Below the pieces are notes generated by a model. That model ran no database searches, was not told the origin of the DNA, and saw only the letters and a list, made by a program, of their open reading frames with translations. Positions 19,863 through 29,626 of a stretch of DNA of 64,000 bases are shown in pieces. The position numbers and the translations under genes are program-made. Each line of letters starts with the position of its first letter. Position 1 is the stretch's first letter. The stretch is taken from positions 1 through 64,000 of the forward strand of contig MEQL01000047.1 of the NCBI GenBank assembly GCA_001770205.1. Direction: 5' to 3'. The DNA comes from Bdellovibrionales bacterium RIFOXYD12_FULL_39_22 (GTDB taxonomy: Bacteria; Bdellovibrionota; Bacteriovoracia; Bacteriovoracales; Bacteriovoracaceae).

Positions 19863-20888
19863 ATGGATTTTCCTATGTTAACGCATAACCCCAAAAAAAT
19901 AGTCGCAATCGCGGCACTTTGGATACTTACTGTTCTCTCGTCATCCTGCAGCTCGTTACAAAAAATTGGATTAAGCGCCACCAGCGATCTGCTATATAAG
20001 GGGGGAAATTCCATCAAATTGGAAGAAAACTGGAACAATTTTAAAGTTGGCACTCTCGCCAACCTGCAAATGATTGAAGGACTACATTTCTTGCACCCAA
20101 CTAACGAAAATTTTCTACTAACACTGCTTAAGGGTTACTCTGCTTACGCTTTTGGAGTCAATGAAACTCTCTACATTGACGACTATTTTGCCGAAAACAA
20201 CAGGCAAGAACATAAAGATCAGGCCATTTACAATTATTCAAAGGCAATGGCCTATGGTGAAAAGTTATGGGAAGAAAAAGAATTAGATTTTTCAGAAGTG
20301 CTTCGCCGCAGCAGCAGTGATAATGACGGCCCAAACAGTCTGGCCAATTACCTAGATAAAAAACTCAGCTCTGATGTTCCTGACATTGAGGCCATCTTTT
20401 TCATGGCACAAGCACTGGGTGGGCTGATCAATCTACAGAAAGAAAAAATCCATATGGTAGCTTTGGCCACCACCATGAAAGGGATGATGGACTGGGCCTG
20501 CAATAAACGTCCAGAGCTAAATTATGGGGCCTGCCAGCTTTTCTCGGCGGCCATGTTAGTCAGTCGCCCCAAAATGTTAGGCGGAGATCCCGAACAAGGA
20601 AAGAAAATTTTCCTTGAGGCAATTGCCAAATGGCCTGACAACCTTCTCTTGCGAGTAAGCTTTCTTCAGTTCTACGCCATTCCCATGTCTGACGAAGATG
20701 CCTATAAAGGCCAACAAAAAGAGATCGAAGCAGGCCTCAAACAACATCTCGGGAAAATGGTCTGGGCCTATCAAAGTAAAAAGAATCTGGGATCTGAAAA
20801 TAAAATTCCCGATGATTTAAAACTTTTTAATGCTATCGCAATTAAGCGATATGAGTTGATTACTAAATTCGAAAAAGATTTCTTCTGA
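19863..20888 (+). CDS. TRAP transporter TatT-family lipoprotein
   Basis: Lipobox SSSC; SRPKMLGGDPEQGK motif; precedes dctPQM. Confidence 0.85.
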   Translation: MDFPMLTHNPKKIVAIAALWILTVLSSSCSSLQKIGLSATSDLLYKGGNSIKLEENWNNFKVGTLANLQMIEGLHFLHPTNENFLLTLLKGYSAYAFGVNETLYIDDYFAENNRQEHKDQAIYNYSKAMAYGEKLWEEKELDFSEVLRRSSSDNDGPNSLANYLDKKLSSDVPDIEAIFFMAQALGGLINLQKEKIHMVALATTMKGMMDWACNKRPELNYGACQLFSAAMLVSRPKMLGGDPEQGKKIFLEAIAKWPDNLLLRVSFLQFYAIPMSDEDAYKGQQKEIEAGLKQHLGKMVWAYQSKKNLGSENKIPDDLKLFNAIAIKRYELITKFEKDFF

Positions 20889-20920
20889 GTAATTTTGGGA
20901 GGAAAAATGGAGATCATGAG

Positions 20921-21895
20921 ATGGCCAAATTATTTTTAGTCTGCTGTTTATTTCTATCAATGGCCTTGCCCGCAATGACTTTGAAGTTAGGGGTAGTGGC
21001 ACCAGAAGGTACCAGTTTTGCTACTCTCCTGAAGGGATTATCTAAAGAAGTTGGGGAACTCACTAACAACGAAGTAAAACTCAAAATATATTACGGGGGA
21101 TCGCAAGGAGATGAGCCAGATGTTTTGCGAAAAATCCGCTTAGGACAACTCCACGGTGGAATTTTCACGGGAAAAACCTTAGGCGATATTAACGGAGATG
21201 TTAGAGTAATGGAGATCCCTCTAAGTTTTGGCGCCAATCGCCAAAAGGCATTAGAGACACTTGAGTCCATGAGCGATTTTCTCAGTGCCAAAATGGAACA
21301 AAATGGTTTTGTTAATTTAGGTTTTTTTGAAATTGGCCTTGTCTATTTAGTATCAAAGAAAAAAATCTCTCGCTGGGGAGATTTGCCCGGGATAAAAATC
21401 TGGCTTTGGGAAGGTGATCCTCTAGTTACCACTTTAGTCGAGGCCACCAAGCTAGTTTCCGTTCCTCTTCCATTGCCAGATGTCCTTACTTCTCTATCCA
21501 CAGGAATGGTGGATGCGGCCTACTCCCCGCCCCTGGCAATTTTGGCCTTACAATGGAATACAAAAGTAAAATATCTTTTAGATTATCCTATCACCTACTC
21601 GGTTGGTGCTTTTTTATTAGATAAAAAAGAATGGATGAAAGTGCCTGCCAAATTTCAAAATAAAATAATGGAGGTCTCCAAAAAATGCATGCGCGACATT
21701 ACTGAGGCAAATGCGAAAGCAAATCAAGAATCTCTTATAGCTTTAAAACAAGGTGGTATCGAATTTATCTCTTTTCCAGAAGAAGATTACAAAATCATGG
21801 GAAATATGCGCCGAGAAATTATAACTCGCTTGGTTAATAAACTTTTCACCCAAGAAGCGCTAGATAGAGCAGGTAAACAAGAGCAAGTAAAATGA
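20921..21895 (+). CDS. dctP: TRAP substrate-binding protein DctP
   Basis: LKLGVVAPEGT, YYGGSQGDEPDVLRKIRLGQL, SLSTGMVDA. Confidence 0.92.
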   Translation: MAKLFLVCCLFLSMALPAMTLKLGVVAPEGTSFATLLKGLSKEVGELTNNEVKLKIYYGGSQGDEPDVLRKIRLGQLHGGIFTGKTLGDINGDVRVMEIPLSFGANRQKALETLESMSDFLSAKMEQNGFVNLGFFEIGLVYLVSKKKISRWGDLPGIKIWLWEGDPLVTTLVEATKLVSVPLPLPDVLTSLSTGMVDAAYSPPLAILALQWNTKVKYLLDYPITYSVGAFLLDKKEWMKVPAKFQNKIMEVSKKCMRDITEANAKANQESLIALKQGGIEFISFPEEDYKIMGNMRREIITRLVNKLFTQEALDRAGKQEQVK

Positions 21896-22398
21896 AGTTT
21901 TTAAAAAAAATCGACGCTTTAATTTACTGGCTTTCGCTACGCGTATTAGTCCTATCAATTTTTTGCCTAATCGCATTTAGCAGCTTTGGAATTATCACAC
22001 GTTGGTTTAATTTTTCTTATCTTTGGACAGAACCGCTCATTCGCCATATCGTTTTTTTGGTAATTTTTTTGGGAGGACTTATCGCGACCGAAAAACAAAC
22101 TCATGTTTCTATCGACTTGCTCTCTAGGTACTTAGAGGGGAATGAGCGAAAAAAGGCAAAAAGAATTATCAATATTTTTGTTGCTTCCACAACTTTACTT
22201 ATTGTCACCGGACTAATTTATGCCTCGATAAACTTCATCAAAATTGAATTGGCCTTTGGCAAAGAAATTTTTTGGGGAATCCACAGCGGTTTTTTAGTCA
22301 TGATAATTCCCATTGGTTTGTTTTCTATTGCCCTAAAATTAATTGTTAAAATTATCGAGATGCTTTGGCCTACTAAGGAGACAACATGGCCATCTTGA
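21892..22398 (+). CDS. dctQ: TRAP small permease DctQ
   Basis: 4 TM helices; WTEPLIRH...HVSIDLL. Confidence 0.9.
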   Translation: MKFLKKIDALIYWLSLRVLVLSIFCLIAFSSFGIITRWFNFSYLWTEPLIRHIVFLVIFLGGLIATEKQTHVSIDLLSRYLEGNERKKAKRIINIFVASTTLLIVTGLIYASINFIKIELAFGKEIFWGIHSGFLVMIIPIGLFSIALKLIVKIIEMLWPTKETTWPS

Positions 22399-23648
22399 TA
22401 ATTTTCATCCTTGTAGTGTTGTTGGCACTTGCAGGAGTCCCTCTATTTGCAGTAATGGCCCTGTTTGCCCTGGCCTTGTTTTCCATCGATGGAACTGATA
22501 TCTCTGTGGTGATTGTTGAAATTTATAAAATCTCCTCTGCTCCCACCTTGCTCTCTATCCCACTATTCACTTTCGCCGGATATATCCTGGCAGAATCCAA
22601 TTCGCCCAAACGACTCTTTCGGCTGGCCGAAACAATGCTGGGTTGGATGCCGGGGGGGGCGGCAATAGTTGGACTTTTTGTCTGTGCTTTTTTTACCGCC
22701 TTTACTGGAGCTTCTGGGGTTACCATTATTGCACTCGGTGGACTACTATACCCCATTTTGATAAATGAAAAATTTTCCGAAAAATTCACACTTGGATTAA
22801 TCACCAGCTCCGGGTCTTTAGGCCTGCTGTTTCCCCCCAGTCTGCCGCTTATTATCTACGGCCTAGTAGCGCATGTTGACGTGGAAATTCTCTTCAAAGC
22901 AGGAATTTTGCCTGGAGCGCTGCTTATCGTTATTTTATCCGCTTGGGCCATTAAAAACCGCCACCCAGGAAATATCCGTGCTTTTGTCTGGAATGATTTT
23001 ATTATTGCCTTAAAAGATTGTCTTTTTGAATTTATCTTACCGATTCTCGTGCTAGTGGCAATTTATGGCGGTTTCACCACCGTCTCTGAAGCTGCTACCA
23101 TTACCGCTGTCTATGTAATTATTCTTGAATGTTTTATTCATCGAGACCTCTCTATAACTGGCGACATTCCACGAATAATCTATGACAGCATGAGCTTAGT
23201 CGGAGCAATTTTATTAATTCTTTGCTGCGCTTTAGGCGTTACAAATTATCTTGTGGATGAAGAAGTTCCCATGAAGTTATTGGAACTAGTGCGCCACTTT
23301 ATCACCAATAAATACGCCTTCCTTCTGTTTTTAAATATCTTTCTACTGCTGGTTGGCTGTCTAATGGATATCTTTAGTGCGATTATTGTGATCGTCCCTC
23401 TAATCATCCCCATGGCCACCGAATATGGAGTACATCCCGTACACTTAGCAATAATTTTTTTGATGAATTTAGAAATAGGATATATTACGCCGCCAGTAGG
23501 CATTAATCTTTTCATTAGCAGTTTTCGTTTTAAACGTCCAGTCGTTGAATTATATAGGGCATCTATTCCCTTCATGCTCCTCTCACTAGTTGCGTTACTA
23601 ATTGTAACCTACTGGGAGTGGATTAGTTTGGTATGGATTGAAAAATGA
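22386..23648 (+). CDS. dctM: TRAP large permease DctM
   Basis: LLSIPLFTFAG, GLLFPPSLP, GYITPPVGINLF. Confidence 0.95.
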   Translation: MAILIIFILVVLLALAGVPLFAVMALFALALFSIDGTDISVVIVEIYKISSAPTLLSIPLFTFAGYILAESNSPKRLFRLAETMLGWMPGGAAIVGLFVCAFFTAFTGASGVTIIALGGLLYPILINEKFSEKFTLGLITSSGSLGLLFPPSLPLIIYGLVAHVDVEILFKAGILPGALLIVILSAWAIKNRHPGNIRAFVWNDFIIALKDCLFEFILPILVLVAIYGGFTTVSEAATITAVYVIILECFIHRDLSITGDIPRIIYDSMSLVGAILLILCCALGVTNYLVDEEVPMKLLELVRHFITNKYAFLLFLNIFLLLVGCLMDIFSAIIVIVPLIIPMATEYGVHPVHLAIIFLMNLEIGYITPPVGINLFISSFRFKRPVVELYRASIPFMLLSLVALLIVTYWEWISLVWIEK

Positions 23649-25225
23649 AATCTATATCCTTCCTCTTTTGGTGGGCAATTTTTTTATGGGCCACCGGCCT
23701 AGCGAGAACTCCTGTTGGGGAGAATGATCATGGTATATATTTCGGGCCATCTGATCCCCGCACTACCTCATCTCTCCTGGTTGGCCATTATGTTTTTTCT
23801 GATGACGATTATCGCTCCAACTATCTTTTCGACTTAAGCGATAACTCCATAAGGTCACAGCAAAAACTTTGGCATAATAAAATACTCCCTCAAGAGCAAT
23901 GCCCCTCCACCTATCTTGAGCAACATGAAGCTTACATCAGATATCTTTTTCGCTTACTTTCTATTAGCTACTCTTTTGAAGCGATTAATCAATACTATGT
24001 AGACCTCTTTCAATTCGGTGTAACTACCAACAAATGCCAAGTATCTTGGGATCTACATCTAAAAAAATGTCTGCCTTCTGGTGCGGAAATGAAGAAATTT
24101 ATCTCTCGTATTAATTTTTCTGTTTTGGATATTGATCGTCAACAATTAATCAGCAAAGATAGTGGTGAAAAGCTCTCCTGGATTAATCAATTAACTTCTG
24201 CTTATAAAAAAAATGTTGCTAGCGAGATCTCTTTTTCTCGGATTATTAGTTGGTGTAATTTTCATGGAAGAAATGAATGTAGAAATTTTGATGAAAAAAA
24301 AGTCATCGCCATTTTAGAAAATGCTTGTGAAGAAGATTTAGCATTTATTTTAAAGGCCTGTAACGAACAAGACTCCTTGCAAGGCCTATCTAAAATCTAT
24401 ATCGCCCGACAAATTCTGGCCAACTCCAATGTAGCAACTATTATAAACAATGACGGGCACGCTTATCAATGTTTGGAGCGTTTTGCTTACGAATGGAAAA
24501 ATCTCGAAGTGGAATATTATCCGCTATCGACACTTTTTGATTCTGTAAGTAAAAATCAAAAAAATAAAAATTATGGCCCACTAACCGGACAGCTTTTTGC
24601 TCCTGGAGCATTAAAAGAGTTTGATGATCGAGGACTAACCGATTTTTTAATGCCCCCCACTCCAGCTGCGCGGGCAATCAGTCCAATCCCAACGCCCCGG
24701 CCTTCCCCTACTCCGCTTGTGGCATACAAAGCTCCTCCAAAGTCAACACCCACGCCACTTGCAACGGCCCCCGCACTACCTACTCCAACACCACGTATCT
24801 CTGCCATTGTTTCTGCACTTAATAAGCTAAAAGAAGATAAAATAGATTGCATAGACATCGATATGAATAAGTTTAAAACTGATTATGTCTTTTCTTCGGA
24901 AGTACTGGCCAAAATAAAAGAACCATTAATAAAATACCAAACCCGTGTTGCTCTGGAGGACATGCGAAAATTTGACAAGCTCGGCAGTTCGATCGAACCG
25001 ATAAATATCATTTTTATAAAATTCTTAATTGATAATAATATTCACCAAGGTCTCTATAATATAACGTCAGTTATTGGGTCAAAGTTTTATATTAAAAATA
25101 CCATTGATAAAGATAACTCTCCAATTTACATCGAACTAAAAAATGACGAAACTACCCAATACCATTGGCAAATAACTATTCTGCGCCCTCCCGTAACCAC
25201 CAATGATCTTTCTACAAAAAAATAG
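23645..25225 (+). CDS. Secreted Cys-containing hypothetical protein with Pro/Thr-rich linker
   Basis: Signal-like N-terminus; PTPRPSPTP/PTPTP segment; ATGA overlap with dctM. Confidence 0.75.
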   Translation: MKSISFLFWWAIFLWATGLARTPVGENDHGIYFGPSDPRTTSSLLVGHYVFSDDDYRSNYLFDLSDNSIRSQQKLWHNKILPQEQCPSTYLEQHEAYIRYLFRLLSISYSFEAINQYYVDLFQFGVTTNKCQVSWDLHLKKCLPSGAEMKKFISRINFSVLDIDRQQLISKDSGEKLSWINQLTSAYKKNVASEISFSRIISWCNFHGRNECRNFDEKKVIAILENACEEDLAFILKACNEQDSLQGLSKIYIARQILANSNVATIINNDGHAYQCLERFAYEWKNLEVEYYPLSTLFDSVSKNQKNKNYGPLTGQLFAPGALKEFDDRGLTDFLMPPTPAARAISPIPTPRPSPTPLVAYKAPPKSTPTPLATAPALPTPTPRISAIVSALNKLKEDKIDCIDIDMNKFKTDYVFSSEVLAKIKEPLIKYQTRVALEDMRKFDKLGSSIEPINIIFIKFLIDNNIHQGLYNITSVIGSKFYIKNTIDKDNSPIYIELKNDETTQYHWQITILRPPVTTNDLSTKK

Positions 25226-25233
25226 GAGAGAAA

Positions 25234-26205
25234 ATGGGCCATATTCGCGAGGAAGTAAAAGTAATTGAATCAGGTGCAAACGACTTCAAGCTACTAGAAT
25301 TTTCAGTAGGAGAAATTCGTCAAGGCATAAATATTTTAAAAATTTATAAAATTATTAAATATTGTCCGGCGGATATTCGCCCTATTTTTAATTCGGAAAG
25401 TTCAATCGCTGGAATCTTAAATATTGAAAATACAATCATCTCCATTATCGACCTACACGAAGTTTTTCAATTAAAAAATAAGGCAAACAACTCTAGTTCA
25501 ATTATTATTACCGAGTTCAATCAAGAATTTTTTGGGTTTGTTGTTGATGATATTGTGGCCGTTCACAAGATCTCCTGGAAAAACTTACGGCCTATCAATG
25601 ATAGTTGCCCTTCCGATCTCTTTGTGAGTGTCGCCACAATCAACGGGAAGGAGATTCTTCTTACCGATTTTGAAACCGTTGTAGAAAAAGTATCTCCAGG
25701 AATACTCCGACTTCCTCGCGAAGATCTATCAATTGAAACGGACACCACAAGTCGCAGGAAGTGTACAAAAATAATCTGCGCTGACGACTCAAAAGTGATT
25801 AGATTAAAGCTTAAATATATTTTCGATCATAACCATTTCGACAATGTAACAATCGTGGCAGACGGACAAGATGCGCTAGACTTAGTTATTAAGCAAAATA
25901 GCAGCGATAATCCGACAGATCATTTTACTTTTATGATAACCGATATTGAAATGCCTAAAATGAACGGCCTCACTCTTTGTCGTGAAATCAAAAATAGATA
26001 TCCTCATATTCCGGTGCTAATACTCTCCTCGCTTGTTTCCGAACAATTGCTCATAAGAGTTAAAGAGGTTAATGCTGATGCTGCTGTCTCTAAAAACAAT
26101 CTTCACCAACTATTAGATGAAATTGATAAATTGCTACTACTGCAAGAAAAACAAAAAAAACTATCTCAGTCTGGCCATCTAAAATTTGATCGGCCAACTA
26201 TGTAA
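25234..26205 (+). CDS. cheV: Chemotaxis protein CheV (CheW + receiver)
   Basis: CheW domain with IIITEFN...GFVVD; receiver ADDS...TDIEMPKMNG. Confidence 0.9.
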   Translation: MGHIREEVKVIESGANDFKLLEFSVGEIRQGINILKIYKIIKYCPADIRPIFNSESSIAGILNIENTIISIIDLHEVFQLKNKANNSSSIIITEFNQEFFGFVVDDIVAVHKISWKNLRPINDSCPSDLFVSVATINGKEILLTDFETVVEKVSPGILRLPREDLSIETDTTSRRKCTKIICADDSKVIRLKLKYIFDHNHFDNVTIVADGQDALDLVIKQNSSDNPTDHFTFMITDIEMPKMNGLTLCREIKNRYPHIPVLILSSLVSEQLLIRVKEVNADAAVSKNNLHQLLDEIDKLLLLQEKQKKLSQSGHLKFDRPTM

Positions 26206-26335
26206 TCTGAAAAAATTCCCGACAAAAAAGATCAGTCAAGTGCCGCCCGCTTTTTTTGCTTCCCCTTCTTACATTATAGCAAAAATACCCTTATACTACT
26301 CTTGTATATTAACTTACAAAATTAGGATCGTTGCC

Positions 26336-27304
26336 TTGTCTGGAATATTCAATAGCAGCAGTGGAAGTCAATTCGCGACAGAAGAGATCGGTGGATTATT
26401 AAATCCTGCCCGAAAGCAAAAAATTTGGGCAGTGGGTGGTGGCAAAGGTGGCGTCGGCAAAAGCCTGGTAACTGCTAACCTTTCCATTTGTCTCTCTTTA
26501 ATGGGATACAAAGTCGTTTCCATTGATCTTGATTTGGGAGGGGCCAACTTACATACTTGTCTGGGTATCCCCATTCCAGATCTAACCATGTCCGATTATC
26601 TGAATAAAAAAGTTACCTCCATAAATGATCTTCTTACTCCCACTCCCATTAACAACTTATTTGTTATCAGTGGAGCACAGGACGATATGGGGATTGCAAA
26701 TCTAAAGCAAACTCATAAAAATAAAATTCTCTCTGCGCTAACAGATCTTGACACTGATTTTATTTTACTTGATCTGGGTGCTGGAACCTCCGCCAATACT
26801 CTTGATTTTTTTATGGCCGCTGATCAGGGGATTATTACGACACTTCCCGAACCTACTTCTATTGAAAACTCCTACCGTTTCATTAAATCTGTCTATCATC
26901 GAAAATTGCGCACAATGGAAGAATTTTTAGAATTAGGTCCTACGATAGATCAAGGATTGAATGCAAAAATTTCTCAAAACCACACTCCTGCTGATTTTAT
27001 TTCTAAAGTGATCCAAAATAACCCATCACTTGGAAATAAACTACGCAGCGAAATTAACAAATTAAATCCCAAGCTGATTATTAATCAGATAAGAACCCAG
27101 GCCGATATTGATATTGGTTTTTCAATGAAAATAATTTGTAAAAAATATTTTGGAATTAATCTCGATTATGTCGGATATCTTGATTACGATGCTACCGTAT
27201 GGCAGAGTGTGAAACGGCGAAAACCACTATTAATGGAATTCCCCAACTCCGTACTCGTCAACAACTTTGACCGGATTGTTCATCGATTGCTAAATATTAA
27301 CTAA
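26336..27304 (+). CDS. MinD/FlhG-like P-loop ATPase
   Basis: GGGKGGVGKS deviant Walker A, DLDLGGANLH, LDLGAG, PEPTSIEN; likely TTG start 26336 (track ORF starts at 26186). Confidence 0.88.
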   Translation: MSGIFNSSSGSQFATEEIGGLLNPARKQKIWAVGGGKGGVGKSLVTANLSICLSLMGYKVVSIDLDLGGANLHTCLGIPIPDLTMSDYLNKKVTSINDLLTPTPINNLFVISGAQDDMGIANLKQTHKNKILSALTDLDTDFILLDLGAGTSANTLDFFMAADQGIITTLPEPTSIENSYRFIKSVYHRKLRTMEEFLELGPTIDQGLNAKISQNHTPADFISKVIQNNPSLGNKLRSEINKLNPKLIINQIRTQADIDIGFSMKIICKKYFGINLDYVGYLDYDATVWQSVKRRKPLLMEFPNSVLVNNFDRIVHRLLNIN

Positions 27305-27317
27305 AGGATTATGGCAA

Positions 27318-28013
27318 ATGAGTGCTGAAGATAAAAATTACTACGAGATTTTAGAGTTGCCATCCAACGCCAGTCAAAAAGATATCAACGAGGGTTATCA
27401 AAAGGCCAAAAATGCCTACTCCTTCGATAGCATTGCACTCTACTCAATCATGACTAAGGCAGAATGCGATGATATGCTACATCAGATTGAAGAAGCATAT
27501 CTGATTTTAAGCAGCCCACAAAAAAGACGCCAATATGATAACGCTAAAGGATTCAATCTCGACAACGCTCCATATTCCATCAGTGAACCAGATTTCTCTA
27601 CCTCCTCTGGAATTTCTAATCCTTTTAGCCAGGCCAACGCTCCTGGTAAGTTTGAAGTTAATCAAAATACTAACAACATGAAAAATATCACAAAGATCGT
27701 TGCCACCAAACGATTCACTCTAGATTACGAAGTAAATCCAGATTTCGAAAAAGAAATTGAACAGACGACGGAGTTTACCGGGAGCTTTTTGAAAAAAATT
27801 AGGGAGTATAAACAAATTGATATTGCCAGAATGTCTGAGATGACTAAAGTTTCAAAAACCTATCTACTCAATATCGAAGATGAAGATATGGCCTTACTTC
27901 CTGCACTAGTGTATGTCCGCGGATTTGTCTATCAATACGCTAAATGTCTTAAGCTAAACCCAGATCTGGTTGCCACTTCCTACATATTCAATCTAAAAAA
28001 GAAACAAAAGTAG
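27318..28013 (+). CDS. J-domain-like + RodZ-type HTH protein
   Basis: NYYEILEL...IEEAYLILS..KRRQYD without HPD; C-terminal GSFLKKIRE...LPALVYVRGF..YAKCL. Confidence 0.85.
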   Translation: MSAEDKNYYEILELPSNASQKDINEGYQKAKNAYSFDSIALYSIMTKAECDDMLHQIEEAYLILSSPQKRRQYDNAKGFNLDNAPYSISEPDFSTSSGISNPFSQANAPGKFEVNQNTNNMKNITKIVATKRFTLDYEVNPDFEKEIEQTTEFTGSFLKKIREYKQIDIARMSEMTKVSKTYLLNIEDEDMALLPALVYVRGFVYQYAKCLKLNPDLVATSYIFNLKKKQK

Positions 28014-28019
28014 GTCTCT

Positions 28020-29003
28020 TTGGAAGATGATTTTATCACGCTCTCTATCACACTTGATGATTTAGAAAATTTCCAGCGACTGGATGTTTATCTGGCCGCA
28101 AAAATCCCTAACTTAAGCCGAACCTTTATTAAAAACATTTTTGAACAAGAGTTAATTTCTCTTGATAATGGCCAAGAAGCCTCTCTTCCAAAGCTTAAGC
28201 TAAATAAGATGCCTCCGGCCGGTGCCAATATCGTTATTCAAATTCCGCCGCCCATTCCAGTCAACGCTCTCCCCGAAAATCTTCCTTTGGAAATTTTGTA
28301 TGAGGATGAACATCTGCTTTTTATTAATAAAGCGGCCGGGATGGTAACTCATCCCGCACCTGGTAATTACAATGGAACTTTAGTAAATGCCGTTTTACAT
28401 CACTGTCCAGATCTATCCCGCATAGGCGATAAAATCCGTCCTGGTATTGTTCATCGACTTGATAAGGGAACTAGCGGCGTCATGGTAGTTGCCAAAAATC
28501 AAAAGTGTCATGAAGGACTAATAATGCTTTTTTCTAAACATGACATTGAGAGAAAATATGAGGCCATCTTAACTAGTGACAAGCTCCCACCTCTGGCAAA
28601 ACTCGAGTCAACAATCGGTCGACACACTACTAATCGCAAAAAAATGGCCATTAACGTAAGAAATGGAAAAAAGGCCATCACTCATTTTCGTCTACTTGAA
28701 AAATTTAAACATTTTTCCTTCGCGGAATTTACGCTAGAAACTGGCCGGACTCATCAAATTCGTTTACACGCTAGTGCCCTCATGCAGGCACCTATTCTGG
28801 GCGACTCCATATATGGTAACAGTAATCTCCATTTAAAAAAATCTCCGGCCTCTGTGCAAAAACTTTTACATGATTATCCTTATCCTTTGCTGCATGCTAA
28901 AATATTGGGGCTCGTTCATCCCATCACCAAGGAAAAATTATTTTTTGAAGTAAAGCATCCTTCCATTTTTGAAAACGTGCTAGAGGCCTTCCGTCATGAG
29001 TAA
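28020..29003 (+). CDS. rluD: RluA-family pseudouridine synthase RluD
   Basis: S4-like start, RPGIVHRLDKGTSG, LETGRTHQIR; adjacent pgeF. Confidence 0.92.
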   Translation: MEDDFITLSITLDDLENFQRLDVYLAAKIPNLSRTFIKNIFEQELISLDNGQEASLPKLKLNKMPPAGANIVIQIPPPIPVNALPENLPLEILYEDEHLLFINKAAGMVTHPAPGNYNGTLVNAVLHHCPDLSRIGDKIRPGIVHRLDKGTSGVMVVAKNQKCHEGLIMLFSKHDIERKYEAILTSDKLPPLAKLESTIGRHTTNRKKMAINVRNGKKAITHFRLLEKFKHFSFAEFTLETGRTHQIRLHASALMQAPILGDSIYGNSNLHLKKSPASVQKLLHDYPYPLLHAKILGLVHPITKEKLFFEVKHPSIFENVLEAFRHE

Positions 29004-29610
29004 TCTTATATTCCAAAAAAGAATTTTCAATTTTGACTTCTACACTTTAGATGGGCCTCCAAACTTTCCTGTTAATTTTTTAAGGCAAGTGCATGGTGTA
29101 GATTTTATCTCTTGCCCCAGCGAGGGTAAACATGCCGCCGACGGTTTTATCGTTGATAAAATGGCCCTAATAAATAGCGAGGAAGCCTATGCTATTTTAA
29201 CTGCTGATTGCCTTCCTTTACTTTTTGTGGGAGATAAAATTGTCTTTTTACACGCTGGTTGGCGCGGACTACATCAAAATATTATTACCACGAAAACTGT
29301 AAAGGAAAATTTACCAACTTATCTTTTTATCGGGCCCCACATCAAGAGCTGCTGCTACGAGGTCTCTCCTGCTTTTGTCAAGAATTTTGCTGATCCAACA
29401 CTCTTTTTAAAACGCAACCAAAATGGACAGGAAAGAATTTTTTTTGATATGGAACAGTTCGTTATTCGCACCGCCTCTGCTGCTTTCAAAAATATAGATA
29501 TCATTAGTTCCAATATCTGTACTTGTTGCTCAAAATCGTTTCATAGTTACAGAAAAGATGGCACAACTGCTAGAAATTGGAATATAATTTCTAGCAAAAT
29601 TAGAACATAA
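28996..29610 (+). CDS. pgeF: PgeF/YfiH laccase-domain protein
   Basis: QVHG, TADCLP, HAGWRG, GPHI..CCYEV, SYR. Confidence 0.9.
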   Translation: MSNLIFQKRIFNFDFYTLDGPPNFPVNFLRQVHGVDFISCPSEGKHAADGFIVDKMALINSEEAYAILTADCLPLLFVGDKIVFLHAGWRGLHQNIITTKTVKENLPTYLFIGPHIKSCCYEVSPAFVKNFADPTLFLKRNQNGQERIFFDMEQFVIRTASAAFKNIDIISSNICTCCSKSFHSYRKDGTTARNWNIISSKIRT

Positions 29611-29626
29611 AAACGATCCCGGAGAT

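Noticed and set aside
24650..24795. Repetitive C-rich DNA
   Set aside because: Explained by the Pro/Thr linker coding sequence
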